DNA of 64,000 bases, from positions 127,844,001-127,908,000 of the forward strand of contig OX597819.1 of the NCBI GenBank assembly GCA_951406725.2. Direction: 5' to 3'. A model generated the notes under the pieces. It was given only the letters and a program-made list of their open reading frames with translations, ran no database searches and had not been told where the DNA came from. The position numbers were made by a program, and so were the translations under genes. The stretch is from Octopus vulgaris. Its lineage: Eukaryota. Shown piece by piece: positions 44,061-57,579 of this stretch (its first letter is position 1; every line of letters starts with the position of its first letter).

Positions 44061-44295
44061 TAAGGCGGCGAGTTGGCAGAAATATTAGCATGCCGGGCGA
44101 AACGCTTAGCAGTATTTCGTCTGCCGCTAAGTTCTGAGTTCAAATTCCGCCGAGGTCGACTTTGCCTTTCATCCTTTCGGGGTCGATAAATTAAGTACTA
44201 GTTACGCACTGAGATCGATGTAATCGACTTAATCCGTTTGTCTGTCCTTGTTTGTCCCCTCTGTGTTTAGCCCCTGGTGGGCAATAAAAGAAATA
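44061..44295 (+). mobile_element. SINE family A, full length (tandem copy 2)
   Basis: Follows copy 1 after 6 bp; ggtataatgatagtga occurs before copy 1 and after copy 2 (likely TSD). Confidence 0.9.
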
Positions 44296-44961
44296 GGTAT
44301 AATGATAGTGAGGATAACTTGAATTGAACTAAAATAATGAGTTGTTAGAATGCATGCACACGATAAACGAGAGCCCATCTCTGTAATCAACTGAAGATAA
44401 GTTTCGGATTTATACGATCAAACTGAAATTAAATTAGATGCCATAGTTAAGGATTAGATTAAACATTAGTTGAGAAAATGAGTTTTGGGTTGTTTACACA
44501 AGAAATAAATTGAAATGGAGTTTAGAGAATCCATAGCATTAATATTAGTTGAGCCAAAGTAAATTGGTATCTGGAGTCTTTTATGTGGAATTTTAAAAAA
44601 GTTTTATTAAATAAGTGGGATCAATGTAGTAATAACTTGTTTTGCCCATTTAATTAAATTAGGTTTACAACTGAGGAATTGCATCACATCAAACAATCGC
44701 AAATTACGGATATTGCCACTGCCTCTACATGGAAAAGCACAACCTATAAATGACCATCAAAGTGAGCAGACTATATTCTTGTCTTTGAAGTCTCAGATGA
44801 ACTCAGCCAGTGAAGTGTTGTGTTTTTTCTTTTGTATTTAAAAGAGTGAACATGGCTATATAATCAGGTCTTAAATTAGGAAAGCTTCGCTCCTATGTAA
44901 TAATGGACTGTATTAGGTGTTTTACATGTGCATTTATACATTAAACTATTCTTCAGACTAT

Positions 44962-45594
44962 AATACAATATATCTTATTACTAAAAACTTTCAATTTGAT
45001 AAAAAAAATAAGATCACTTATAACAACAAACGAAAAATTGTGTGCAATTGTAGAAACCATGATAAATGTCCTTTGGATAACCAACGTCTGAAGAATATTT
45101 CGTTTTGGGATTTGGTTTGCAAGATTCTTTATGTGAGTTTGTGTGTTGAAGCATATTCTGTTGTGTCTAGAGAGAGTCATTCTCTTTTGGTGCCTTATTA
45201 TGTAACACTCACCGGTAAAACTTCCATTTATTTCTTTTTTATTTTTCTAAAAATTTTCGTTGCGTCTTTCTAAAATTTTCGTTGCAAGACGCAACGAAAA
45301 TTTTAGAAAGATAAAAGAGAAATAAATAGAAGTATTACCGATGAGTGTGTTAAATTATAAGGCATCAAAAGAGAATGATTTTCCCCAGACACAACAGAAT
45401 ATGATTCAACATACGAACTCACATAAAGAATCTTGCAAACCAAATCCAAAAACGAAATATGCTTCAGACGCTGGTTATCCAAAGGACATTTATCATGGTT
45501 TCTACAATTGCACACAATCTTTCGTTTGTTGTTATAAGTGATCTTATTTTTTTCATCAAATTGAAAGTTTTTACTAATAGGATATATTGTATTA
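44962..45594. repeat. ~630-bp palindrome containing Penelope linker sequence
   Basis: Both arms encode KNFQFDxKNKITYNNKRKIVCNCRNHDKCPLDNQ (PLE CNCRxxxxCPL linker) on opposite strands; spacer near zero at ~45285. Confidence 0.9.
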
Positions 45595-46195
45595 TTGCCA
45601 TTACTACTTTGTGTACCTGTTAAATTTGTATTATTTGTAACAGAACCAGGTTGGTAATAACTGCCTGAATAATTAAACATACATTCACTGTTCCTACTAG
45701 CATTAAGTTTCTTATTGTTAACACCCGCTTTATTACACGATATAATATCCGTTATATTACCCGATAGTGGAGTACGAAAATTTTGCAATATAACTCTTAA
45801 ATATCTTACTATTTTTATCTCATGTCATCAAGAAAATTTCTCATTTGTATCCAAATCTACGGACAATACCGACGATAAAGTATAGAGTCTAGGACCAGTA
45901 ATACGTCTAAAAATTTCACTACTTTACAATAATACTATAAAGAAACGAGAGATTTTCTGTGTTTAAGAAGATTCTATGTTTTCCTCTATAAAGGCCATCC
46001 CTGGTTGAGGGTACCCCTTTATGATGCATTGTAAAATGTAAATATCCATGAAATTGGTAATTTTGCTGAGTCAATCGAAAAGAAAAATGATTAGAGATAT
46101 CTATTTGTATAAATTTAGTTGCCCTGCGTTTTGACACGACCGAAACTTTTAATAAAGTTATTCAACACTTTCGTGTTCAGTCGTTTATCTGTTAA

Positions 46196-46250
<55 letters not shown>

Positions 46251-46438
46251 TGTATCTATATTCCCTATCTAAATTTAATGTCTTTTTCAAGCGATCCCAA
46301 GTATTTTGCGTCTTCAGTTTTACTTTAATATATATCTACGTGCTCAAGGTTAGATGACGAAAACTCCTTATATTATATTATATATACATATTTACACACA
46401 CATGCACAAACACACACACACACATACATACACACACA

Positions 46439-46482
<44 letters not shown>

Positions 46483-46505
46483 TATATTTATATATATATA
46501 TATAT

Positions 46506-47596
46506 ATGGGTTGGACAAAATAATGGAAACACCTAACAGCATAGCATCATAATTTTAAAATATCTAGAAAACCGTCAAAGGCTTGTTTATTTTTATGTTT
46601 TTTTGATTTATTATTAGTGTTGCTTAATAAGTTATGCGCAAATTACTTTTCAGATATCCTCAGAAAAAGGTAATTAAAATTCATTAAAATGACAGATCTA
46701 TCGGACTTTCGATGAGGTCAAATTGTTGGTGCTCGTATGGCAGACGCTAGCGTAACGAAAACAGCCTAAATGCTTGGTGTATCAAGAAGTACTGTCTCGA
46801 AAGTAATGATAGCCTTTGAGAAAGTGGGAAAAAACCTTCTTGTCGAAACAAAACTCCGGAAGAAAACCAAAACTGCAGAGTTTAATGACTACCTCGAGAA
46901 CCCAGTTTCCACAAAAAACTGTTCGCCGGGAGCTGCACAAAGCCGGATTTCACGGGAGGGTCGAAATCAGAAAACTACTAATTTCGAAAACAAACATTGC
47001 AAAGCGTTTAGAGTGGAGTAAAAACCTACAGAATTGGTCCCTAGGGCAGTGGAAGAATGTTATTTTCTCGGACGAGTCATCCTTTACCTTATTTCCGACT
47101 ACTACCCGAGAATATCTTGGAAATCCGCCGGCCCAATGGTTTCACATCATGGCAGAATTAATAGTCAAGACTATTTAAGCAACAAATTCATCCTATGGTT
47201 GCAGAACAGTTTCCAGTGGGAAACGCAATCTTTCAGGATAATAATGCACCAATTCACACAGTTAAAGATGTTACTGAATGGCACGAAGAACATTCTAGTG
47301 AAGCTGAGCATCTTATCTGGCCATCACAGTCCCCAGTTTTGAATATTATTGAATATTTATGGTGCATTTTAGAAAAACAAGTAAGGAGTCGATATCCTCC
47401 ACCATCAACACTACAAGAACAGCGGACTGTTTTGGCTGAAGAATGGACAAAAATTCCTTTGGAAATAATTCAAACTTTCTACGAGTCCATACCACGTAGC
47501 ATTCAAGTTGTAATTACTGCCAAAAGTGGTTCTACCCCATATTAAAATAAATTTGTTTGAAAGTTTATGGTGTTTCCACTATTTTGTCCAACCCTG
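46506..47596 (+). mobile_element. Tc1-family transposon with both TIRs; decayed and internally deleted
   Basis: TIRs gggttggacaaaataatggaaacacc / ggtgtttccactattttgtccaaccctg|TA. Confidence 0.92.
46689..47545 (+). pseudogene. Tc1 DD34E-type transposase pseudogene
   Basis: MTDLSDFR*GQIVGARMA..LGVSRSTVSKVM; WKNVIFSDESSF; IFQDNNAPIH; WPSQSPVLNIIEYLW; stops and frameshifts. Confidence 0.9.
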
Positions 47597-47702
47597 TATA
47601 TACAGAGAGAGAGAGAGAGGTAGACAGATACATAGAAAGAAAGAAACAAAATTAGATAGATAGATAGATATATGTATACATATATATATATTTATATATA
47701 TA

Positions 47703-48215
47703 CTAGCAGTATCGCCCGGCGTTGCTCGGGTTTGTAAGGGAAATAACTATATAAGCATTTTTAGAGAGTTACTTCCCTTATAGATGCCAATTCGGGTTTT
47801 CTTAGCCATTTCTGTTTTGGTGTCTTCAAGCCATGAAGTCGTTGTTCTAAGAGAACGCTGGTCTCCTTGACAACGCTTTACGACGTTGATTTCCTTACAC
47901 CCCCTTCCCCACAGCTTCACGAGGGAGGGAAGAAGGGGGAGAAGCAAACAGGTGCAGGCGTGACCATGGACGCCAACTCCGCCGCCATCGACACACGAAA
48001 AATTATGCATTAAAATGGAATAAAAAATGATGTTAAATTATTTTTAAAATCGTAGACTCATCGTAGACGCGCGCTAATACTCAGACGGGCTCGATATGAA
48101 TCACGACTATAAGATACCCGAATTTGGTTAAACTGCACCGCAAAATGTGGGAGTAGTTAGGAATCTAAATCGAAGGGGACAGACACTCACACAACTACAG
48201 TTTTATATATATAGA
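47703..48215 (-). mobile_element. Non-autonomous Helitron (family H1)
   Basis: Minus strand: A|TCtatatatataaaac ... cccgagcaacgccggg cgatactg CTAG|T. Confidence 0.82.
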
Positions 48216-48300
48216 TATGTATATATATATATATATCACACACACACACACAAACAGACAAACACACACATACACACACACACATATATATGTATATATA

Positions 48301-48463
48301 GGCTCATGTGTTGTGTAGGGCAAGAAGTTCGCTTCACAATCACATGGCTCCGAGTTCAGTTACACTGCATGGCACCTTGGGCAAGTGTCTTCTACTATAG
48401 CCTCGGGCCGACCAAAGCCTTGTGAGTGGATTCGGTAGACAGAAACTGCAAGAAGCCCATCGT
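48301..48463 (+). mobile_element. SINE family B, 5' half
   Basis: ggcaccttgggcaagtgtcttctactatagcctcgggccgaccaaagcc. Confidence 0.78.
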
Positions 48464-48500
48464 GTATATATGTGTGTGTATATCTGTGTGTATGTATGTA

Positions 48501-48690
<190 letters not shown>

Positions 48691-49056
48691 TGCATACCAC
48701 CATATACACCATGAACAGTATCAAAGCCATTCCGATTATCGTCATCATCAGATCCACCGCCAAAATGATAGAATTATTAATATTTATTTATAGCTGGACA
48801 GGTTGAATTTTGAAAAAAGTAATAGTTGCATATATATATATTTACATACGTGTGTGTGTATGTGCGCTCGCGCGTGTATTTTATTAAGTGTGTGTATGAA
48901 CGTTTGGTATCTTTATATGATAAAATGTATAATGGAACTTCTATATAATAAAATTACTACAGGTATATAATGGAAAATTTCAGTTAAAATTTGTCATAGA
49001 TATAGAAAATGATAGTGTATGATAGTCGCACACATAGGCAAGCCAAAATAGATACG

Positions 49057-49180
<124 letters not shown>

Positions 49181-49273
49181 CATACATACATACATACATA
49201 CATACATACATACATACATACATACATACATACATACATACTTAACGATATATATATGTATATATGTATGTAC

Positions 49274-49304
<31 letters not shown>

Positions 49305-49321
49305 CTGTTTATTCTTTAGTC

Positions 49322-49712
49322 TTTTACATGTTTCAGTCATTTGACTGCGGCCATGCTGGAGCACCGCCTTTAGTCGAGCAAATCGACCCCGGGACTTATT
49401 CTTTGTAATCCCAGTACTTATTCTATCAGTCTGTTTTGCCGAACCGCTAAGTAACGGGGACGTAAACACACCAGCATCGGTTATCAAGCAATGCTAGGGG
49501 TACAAACACAAACACATACACATACATACATATACATAAATATACATATATACGACAGGCTTTTTTCAGTTTCCGTCCACCAAATCCACTCACAAGGTAT
49601 TGGTCAGCCCGGGGCTATTGCAGAAGACACTTGCCCAAGATGCCACGCAATCGGACTGAATCCGGAATCATGTGGTTGGTTAGCAAGCTACTTACCACAC
49701 AGCCACTCCTGC
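49322..49712 (-). mobile_element. SINE family B, full length
   Basis: Collinear with 10606-11000. Confidence 0.87.
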
Positions 49713-49793
49713 ATATATACATATATGCATATGTGTGTATGAATGACCTCATATATATATTTATGTGTATATATAAATGCATTTATAAATATG

Positions 49794-50144
49794 TGTGTGT
49801 GAATGTTTCTACGTGGACAGATAAAGACGCGTAAACACACCCGCAAATTCAGAGATAGATTATATTATGCGCACCAGAAGTGTGTGTGCGCGCTTTAGTA
49901 CATATATGCACATATATGTGTGTATATATACATATTATTATACACACACACTCACACACATATATATATGCATGTGTCTGTATGTGTGTATAATAATATG
50001 TACATATACACACATATATGTACACATATATGTACACTCAACCGCGCACACACACTTCTGGTGCGCATAATATAATCTATCTCTGAATTTGCGGGTGTGT
50101 TTACACGTCTTTATCTGTCCACACACGTAGAAATATTCACACAC
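49794..50144. repeat. ~350-bp palindrome of non-TE-looking sequence
   Basis: gtggacagataaagacgcgtaaacacacccgcaaattcagagatagattatattatgcgcaccagaagtg is mirrored almost perfectly at 50043-50122. Confidence 0.92.
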
Positions 50145-50482
50145 TCACTTATATATTTGTTTGAGTGTTTATACGTATGCAAATGTACTTTGTGCCGGTG
50201 TATTTATAGTTATATTTCGTAATATTCACGTAGTATTTGTATATATTTAATGTTATTTTATCGAAATCAAAACTAAATGCAGTTTTTTTTACATAGTAAG
50301 GGGAATAACTCATGTTTGACTCATAACGTTTTAGTTATAAAAATTTACGGATTTTGTGCGGAAAATTTGGATAGTTTTACGTAATTCTAAATTCGGTTTT
50401 TGAAATATATTCATTGGACCTACTACAAGCTGAAAAATTAAATACAAACACACATACACATTCGGTCATAATGCTGCACACA

Positions 50483-50716
50483 CCTCAGCAAAAGGTAATT
50501 AAAATTCATTAAAATGACAGATCTATCGGACTTTTTTCCAAGTTTTGGCACAAACCCAATTGTTCCGATGAGGGAAACAAATATGCCAGCATGTACACTC
50601 ACACACACACACAGACACAATCACACACACACACAAATTGTTGGTGCTCATATGGCAGGCGCTAGCGTAACGAAAACAGCCTAAATGTTTGGTGTATCAA
50701 GAAGTATTGTCTCGAA
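50483..50716 (+). mobile_element. Internal fragment of the 46506 Tc1 family with a ~95-bp insertion
   Basis: aaaaggtaattaaaattcattaaaatgacagatctatcggacttt and caaattgttggtgctc...tgtctcgaa match 46660-46802. Confidence 0.85.
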
Positions 50717-50766
50717 TACATGCAAATAGTATGAATTTCTGTGTGTGTATGTGTGTGCGTATGTAT

Positions 50767-50806
<40 letters not shown>

Positions 50807-50822
50807 ATGAGCGCGCCCATGT

Positions 50823-51650
50823 TAGGGCACTGTATTAAGAAATTTTTTTAGTCGAAAGAATAGACCCCTGTATTTATTTTTCGAAGCCTGGTATTTATCC
50901 GGTGTCTTTTGCCGAACCGCTATGTTACAACTGGCTGTCAATCGATTGTGAGGCAAACATACAGACATACGCACACACACCCATGTCTCTGTGTGCGTGT
51001 GTGTTTGTGTTTGTGTGTGTTTCTGTGTGTGTTTGTGTGTGTGTGTATGTGTGTGTGCGCTGGTATGTATGTATGTGCGCCTTTGTGTCCGTGTTTGTCC
51101 CACCACTACGATTTGATAACCGATGTTGGTGTGTTTAATGTCCCACGTACTGAATGGTTCGGCTGTGTTGTGTATGTGTTTGTGTGTGTATGTGTTTCTG
51201 TGTGTGTTTGTGTGTGTGCTTGTGTGTGTGCTTGTGTGTGTATGTGTGTGTGCGTTGGTATGTATGTATGTATGTTTGCCTTTGTGTCCGTGTTTGTCCC
51301 ACCACTACCACTTGATAACCGATGCTGGTGTGTTTATGTCCCTCGTACTTAATGTTTCGGCAAAAGAAACCTGTGGAATAAGTACCAGACTTAAAAAACA
51401 AGTACTGGGGTCGATATGTTCGACTAAAAATTCAAGGCTGTGCCCCAGCATGGCCGCAGTCTAATGACTAAAACAAGAAAAAGAACACATATACAACGAG
51501 GTTCTTTCAATTTCCGACTACCAAATCCAGTCGTAAGGGTTTGGTCATCCCGTGGGCATAATAGAAGAGTCTTGCACTAGATGCCACGCAGTGGGACTGA
51601 ACCCAGAACCATGTCGTTGGAAAGCAAACTTACCACAGAGTCACACCTGT
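50823..51650. mobile_element. Cluster of SINE family B fragments in both orientations, with a local duplication
   Basis: 50823-50950 (-), 51080-51160 and 51280-51485 (+), 51493-51650 (-). Confidence 0.75.
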
Positions 51651-52089
51651 GTGTATTTAGAGAGACAGAGTGAGTGAATAGAACAATAACAGGCAACATC
51701 TGAAAAGGTTTATCAGTGCGCTTCATGGTTGCAGAGGTCAAAATGGGAAAAGCGTTGCGTCGGAGGACGGCGAGTGAGATGAGCTGGTACAGTCAATCCG
51801 ATTCACAGGTCATTCACGGGTCCTTCACTCCGATCGTAGTGAGCAGGGGCTGATACTTTGGCAGTTTGCTCTTTTCACCTGACGAACAGCGGAGACTACA
51901 GTGGCACATGGCCATACGAAGTTGACGCTGGAGGTATCACATGTGGCATCCTAGACGAAAGGCCCTACCGGTCAGGAATAGGACAGTTTTCATACCAGAC
52001 AAAGAGAAAGAGAGAGAGGGAGAGAGAGAGAGAGAGAGAGAGAGTGAAAAGCAGAAGAGGGACAGTAAGATATGCATACATACATATAT

Positions 52090-52252
52090 ATATAGGGAGA
52101 GTTTACGAAAAAAGCAAAAGACGAATACAGGTGGTGTACAAAACAAACAGATGTATTAGTATAACGCTCAGGAATAGAAAAAGTCTTTTACATTTCGAGC
52201 TTACGCTCTTCTACAGAAAGGGACACAGAAAAAATGTGTGTAGTGGCTAACG
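52090..52252 (-). mobile_element. Short interspersed repeat with hammerhead-like core (CTGTAGA family), copy 3
   Basis: Reverse complement of 12085-12285. Confidence 0.8.
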
Positions 52253-53079
52253 ATACATACACCCATACATACATACACATATATATCCATACATACATAC
52301 ATACATACATACATACATACATACATACATACATACATACATACAATCATACATACATACATACATACATGCATGCATGCATACATACATACATACATAC
52401 ATACATACATACATACATACATACATACACACATACACACAAATATATGTATATATATATGGATTCTCTTGTCGTAAACGATAAATGAGGGCTTAGTAAA
52501 ATAAAGCGTGCGCACAAATGTATCTCCTGGGGCCTAATATGCGTCTTACAGGCTTCTTGGCAAATGGAACGATTGAGGGTTTAGTTTGCTCGAATTCTTG
52601 TGGATCACTCACTGTGTTTTCTTGAGTGGACAACAAGGCCTTCTTTGCTTCGTGCTACAAAACTATAGTCACTGGTAAGGTTTCGGTTCAGAGGAGCAGC
52701 GCTTTGCCAGCGTGCCTTCATACTCGCACGAAGTCGGTCGACTTTGCTCAAATCTTTGAAATGAGGAGAAACAGGACTGGCGCCAAGCCATGCGTTCTGA
52801 TACTTCGTTTTCCCTGGAAGAAAAGGGAATGTTGCATCGCTTCAGAATGTCTTCAGTCTGTTTTTGAAATGCAAGAGTGGCTTTCCAACCGACCTTCCTG
52901 TTGGAAATTGGCGAAAGAGAAGTTGCTTCAGAATCTTGATATCACTCATACGTGAGAGATGACCGAATCATTTAAGCTGTATTTTGATGAGGATATGGTC
53001 CAGTTTGTTTGCCCCTCGCTGTTATGAATGTGTATGTGTATGTGTGTATGTGTGTGTGCGTGTTGTTTGTTTGTTTGTT

Positions 53080-53133
<54 letters not shown>

Positions 53134-53235
53134 TTACTGCAAAATCCACACAAAAAAATTTTCGGAATGCGACTAACTTGCATTCGAACATCATGCCCTG
53201 CCCATCACTGATCCCGCACAGAAGTAGTGGGAGAC

Positions 53236-53404
53236 AGAGATCAGTCGATTACATTGACTCCAGTGCTCAAATGGTACTTAATTTATTGACTCCGAAAGGA
53301 TGAAACGCAAAATCGACCTAGGCGGATTTTGAATGGGAAAACAGACGAAATACCGGTAGGTGTTTCACCCGACGTGCTAACGATTCTGTCGACTCGCCGT
53401 CTTC

Positions 53405-53469
<65 letters not shown>

Positions 53470-53870
53470 TAATAATAATAATGATGATAATTCTTTTCTA
53501 GGCACAAGGCCCGAAATTTAGGGGAGGGGTCAGTCGATTAGATCGATCCCAGTGCGCAACTTGTACTTAATTTATCGACCCCGAAAGGATGAAAGGCAAA
53601 GTCGACCTCGGCGGAATTTGAACTCAGAACCTAACGGCAGACGAAATACCTATTTCCACAAGGGGCTAAACATAGAGGGGACAAACAAGGACAGACATAG
53701 GTATTAAGTCGATTACATCGACCCCAGTGAGTAACTGTTACTTAATTTATCGACCCCGAAAAGATGAAAGGCAAAGTCGACCTCGACGGAATTTGAACTC
53801 ACAACGTAACGGCAGACGAAATACCGCTAGAGGCATCTCACCCGGCGTGCTAACATTTCTGCCAGCTCGA
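53236..53870 (-). mobile_element. Three adjacent SINE family A copies (53236-53403, 53491-53652, 53656-53870) around a (TAA)n tract
   Basis: Each carries the core gaaaggatgaaaggcaaagtcgacctcggcggaatttgaa or a close variant. Confidence 0.82.
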
Positions 53871-54127
53871 GTTAGACTTTTGAAAACTTCACGGAAAATA
53901 CAACACATCTAAGCATCTGTAAATTGTGTACTCGTGCCATGAGAAATGCTTCTATATTGTAACACTTACAGAATATAGAAAGAAGTGTAAAACCGATAAC
54001 TATATAATCCAACCAAAATGTCTGTCATGCAAACGTAAACAGAATAGTTTAGCCTTAAAATACATCGTACATATTCAAAGAACCGTCTTGGTTTAGTGGT
54101 ACGGAGCGTTCTTCTGGTATTCTTTTA

Positions 54128-54285
54128 TTCTGTAACTTGTTGTAGTCATTTGATTGGAGCCATGCTGGAGCATTGCCGTTTTTTTCGAAGAAATCGACCC
54201 TGTGAGTCTGGTGCTTATTCAATCAGGCTCTTCTGCCGAACTGCTAAGTTACGGAGATGCAAACACACCAACACCGGTTGTCAGC
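54128..54285 (-). mobile_element. SINE family B, 3' half, degenerate
   Basis: gtcatttgattggagccatgctggagca...gctaagttacggag. Confidence 0.65.
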
Positions 54286-54319
54286 TGGCAAAAATTAGTT
54301 GTAGCTGTTATTGAAAGGA

Positions 54320-54935
54320 GTCAGTCTTGTCACATTCTGTGTGAGGTTGAATCTCCCTGAGAACTACGTTAATGGTATGCATGTCTATGGAGTATTCAGT
54401 CATTTGCGCGTTAATCTTACGAGCAGACTATTCCGTTCATCAGATAAACAGGAACCTCGTCGTCGTAACCGACGGAGAGTCATTTTTTAAAAAAGTATGA
54501 AAGAAAAGGAAATGTTTCATATTATAAACCAAAAATGCCATGTATTTAGTATAAGCAATGAAAGATAATACGAAATGATTGCTGTTCTGTCGTCTAGTGA
54601 CTTCGCCCTCGATTCACGCTCAGTTTAATAACAACAGCTTGCGCATCTGGGGGCTTGGCCTCCAGATCTGTTAGACCACAAATGCTGCTGTTAGGACCGG
54701 ATTAACACCCATAATGACCCTAACGACTAAAAAGATTTTTCTGCCCTTATATAGGATCTTTTTTCGTTTTCTTCCAACCATTTGAAGGTTTATCTTGCTC
54801 CAGTCTAAAATGAGTTGTAGCCGTAATTCAAAGTGACAGCCTTGTCACATTCTCTGTGAGGCTGAATCTCCCTGAGAACTACGTTAATGGTATGCATGTC
54901 TGTGGAGTATTCAGCCACTTGCACATTAATCTTAT
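54320..54935 (+). mobile_element. Two SINE family D fragments (54320-54482, 54832-54935); possibly Deu/Nin-domain type
   Basis: ~100-bp direct repeat cttgtcacattc...gaatctccctgagaactacgttaatggtatgcatgtc..ggagtattcag. The family name is tentative. Confidence 0.6.
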
Positions 54936-55429
54936 CATCGTGTTGTAGTGAAACGTGAAAGTGGCATCCAATATTTGCTGTAGTTATTTTTCTTTGGTTT
55001 AACAATATTTTGTATCTATATATCTATATATCTACTTTTCTTTCGATCTATGTATCTACTTTTCTTTCAGTGCATGTACCAGTCTAATCTGAAAATACTG
55101 ATAAACATTTAAAAACACAAAACGAACGCCACCTTCCTTTCAGTCACCGCTCACTGTCTCTCTCACTCTCTCTTTTTCTCACTTCCTCTCTGTCCTTCCT
55201 CTCTCCCGATTTTAATTTAACAATGTGTGTCTGTATCTATGTATGTATACATCAGTTCACTCTGAAAATACTGATAAACAGTATTAACACCTTTTATTTC
55301 TCTTTTTCTTTGTACCTTTCCCTTCAACCATTTTTTTACATCTTCCTTTGAAATAAGTATGACACAGACCATGGGTACGTACGTACAAAAACAAAAGTTA
55401 GCAAATTAATATTATTGATGATAATAATA

Positions 55430-56093
55430 AGATAAGACCAACACCCGGAGATGTCTAAGAAAAAGTGATCTGAAATGATGCACTGAGGCATTGATATGCA
55501 GAGCTCAGGAACAAGCCCTACGAACTAATTACCCTAAGTTCCAAATAGATAAGAGCAGTGCATCACCCCTTTGTAGGATCTGCGCAGCAAAAACGAAACA
55601 ATCTCACATATTGTGAGTGAGTGTCTGGTCCCAAAGCATTACAAAAGGTGGCACGACAACGTAGCTAAGTTTTTTCCCTGGAGACTGTTTGGAAAATATG
55701 GTCTGGGCACAGCACAGAAATGGTACAAACATGAACCTGAAGGCGCCACTGAGAACAATGAATATAAGATCCTGTGGGATTTTTACAATCCAATGTGACT
55801 CCCTGATCGATGCTCGGAGACCAGACATTGTTGTGGTGGAGAAGAGAAAAGAAGGAAAGCAAGATCATAAATATTGTCATGCCTGGAGATGCACGCGTAA
55901 ATGACAAAGAGCTGGGAAAAATAGGAGAAATACAGAAATTACTGAAAGATGTAATTGTATGAATATGGGCAATGAGGAGAGTGACTGTGGAGTACTTTTT
56001 GTCTGAGGTCTTGTTGTGACTTGACAGGCAGTGCAAACACCCGGTAGACACACATTTCTTCAATAAACATCACGATACTGTGCGACGTCTTAC
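55430..56093 (+). mobile_element. R4/Dong-clade non-LTR retrotransposon 3' fragment (CCHC plus restriction-like endonuclease), copy 1
   Basis: TEALICRAQEQALRTNY; CRIC..ETISHIVSEC; YKRWHDNVAK; KILWDF; DARRPDIVVVEK. Confidence 0.82.
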
Positions 56094-56223
<130 letters not shown>

Positions 56224-56224
56224 G

Positions 56225-57325
56225 ATACTGTGGCTTGTGTGCCAACACGAAAGTAGCAAATCCTCACATTCTATTGTCATGGAAGCTTGCAAATTCGCAA
56301 GGGGACTCGGCATTAACCCTGAATTAGATGAAGAATCTGAAATCAGTGCCACGAAAAAAGCAAAACAGATCAAACAGACTGCAAAAAGAGCGGGCAGAAA
56401 CAGACCGAGGAGCGGTGGAGCCAAAAGCCTCTGCATGGACAGTTCATACTTCGAAGCCGAAATGCTGATGTAGACCAAGCAACAACCCATCAGTGGCTGA
56501 AGAGTTCTGGATTGAAAGCAGATACTGAAGGTTTAATATTAGCGGCACGAGTCCAGATCTTACCAAAAACTACCAGGCTAAATGTTCTTCAAAACAGTTC
56601 TGACCCTAACTGCTGATTCTGCGATACATTGGACGAAACAATTGACCATCTCATTTCGGGATGCTCTGTGCTGACACCAAACGAATACAAAAATCGCGAC
56701 GATAGGATAGGACAGCATTTACATTGGAAAATATGTAAACACTACAAAATCAACACTCCTGCTTATTGATATGAAGGAAAAAAATGTGGCTTTCCTCTGG
56801 GATTTTCCAGTCAACACCAACAGACCAATCAAGGCTAGTCAGACAGATATGGTCATTAAAAATAGAGAAGAAAATACTTTTAGACTAATGGATGTAAGTG
56901 TTCTCACTGACAAAAATATGTCTATAAAGCAATTTGACAAATTAAGTAAATATAAACACCTGGAAATTGAAATACAAAAGATGTGGCATCTTAAAGCGAG
57001 AACTGTTCCTGTTATTGTGGGTGCCCTAGGTATGATAAGAAAGGGATGTCAGAAACATCTAGATAATATCCCAGGAGACCCATGTTTCATAGAAATCCAA
57101 AAGATTGTGCTAACAAGTACTACCCACATCCTTAGAAAAACCCTATCAATTAAAACATATGTTTTGTATTACATGAAGATAGTTCGCTACTGCCCCTGCC
57201 ACTTCCCCTCTCCAAGCTTTCAGTCGTACTGTAATATGTCTTGTTCTTCACTCGTCCGAGGACGCTGGTTGTGTCTCGGCAAGTGATTGTAACAAACATG
57301 CAGATTAAAAGTAAATGATAATAAC
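56225..57325 (+). mobile_element. R4/Dong-clade non-LTR retrotransposon 3' fragment, copy 2 (different subfamily)
   Basis: HQWLKSSGLKADTEGLILAA; ETIDHLISGC; HLHWKICKHY; LWDFPVNTNRPIKA; KLSKYKHLEIEIQKMW; VPVIVGALG; IQKIVL..THILRKTL. Confidence 0.88.
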
Positions 57326-57579
57326 AAATAGTAGTAGTATCATAGAATTTTCTTTTAATTGACTGAGGGGCGTGGGATTAAGGGGATTTTACGAAGGCAG
57401 TTAACATAAAGCGAGAGAATTCTTCGTACACAAATATGTGATAATCCATTCCTATAAACCGTTCTTGATACAAGAAAAACTCCAAATAGGGTTAATCAAA
57501 AACCACAAAATCAAGGAACGTATTCTTTGCATTTGGCATTCAAGAAATGGTCCGCAGACATTCTCACCACCAGCGCGCT

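Noticed and set aside
54940-55420. Possible further Helitron (end aattaatattattgat)
   Set aside because: No matching hairpin-CTAG end was identified.
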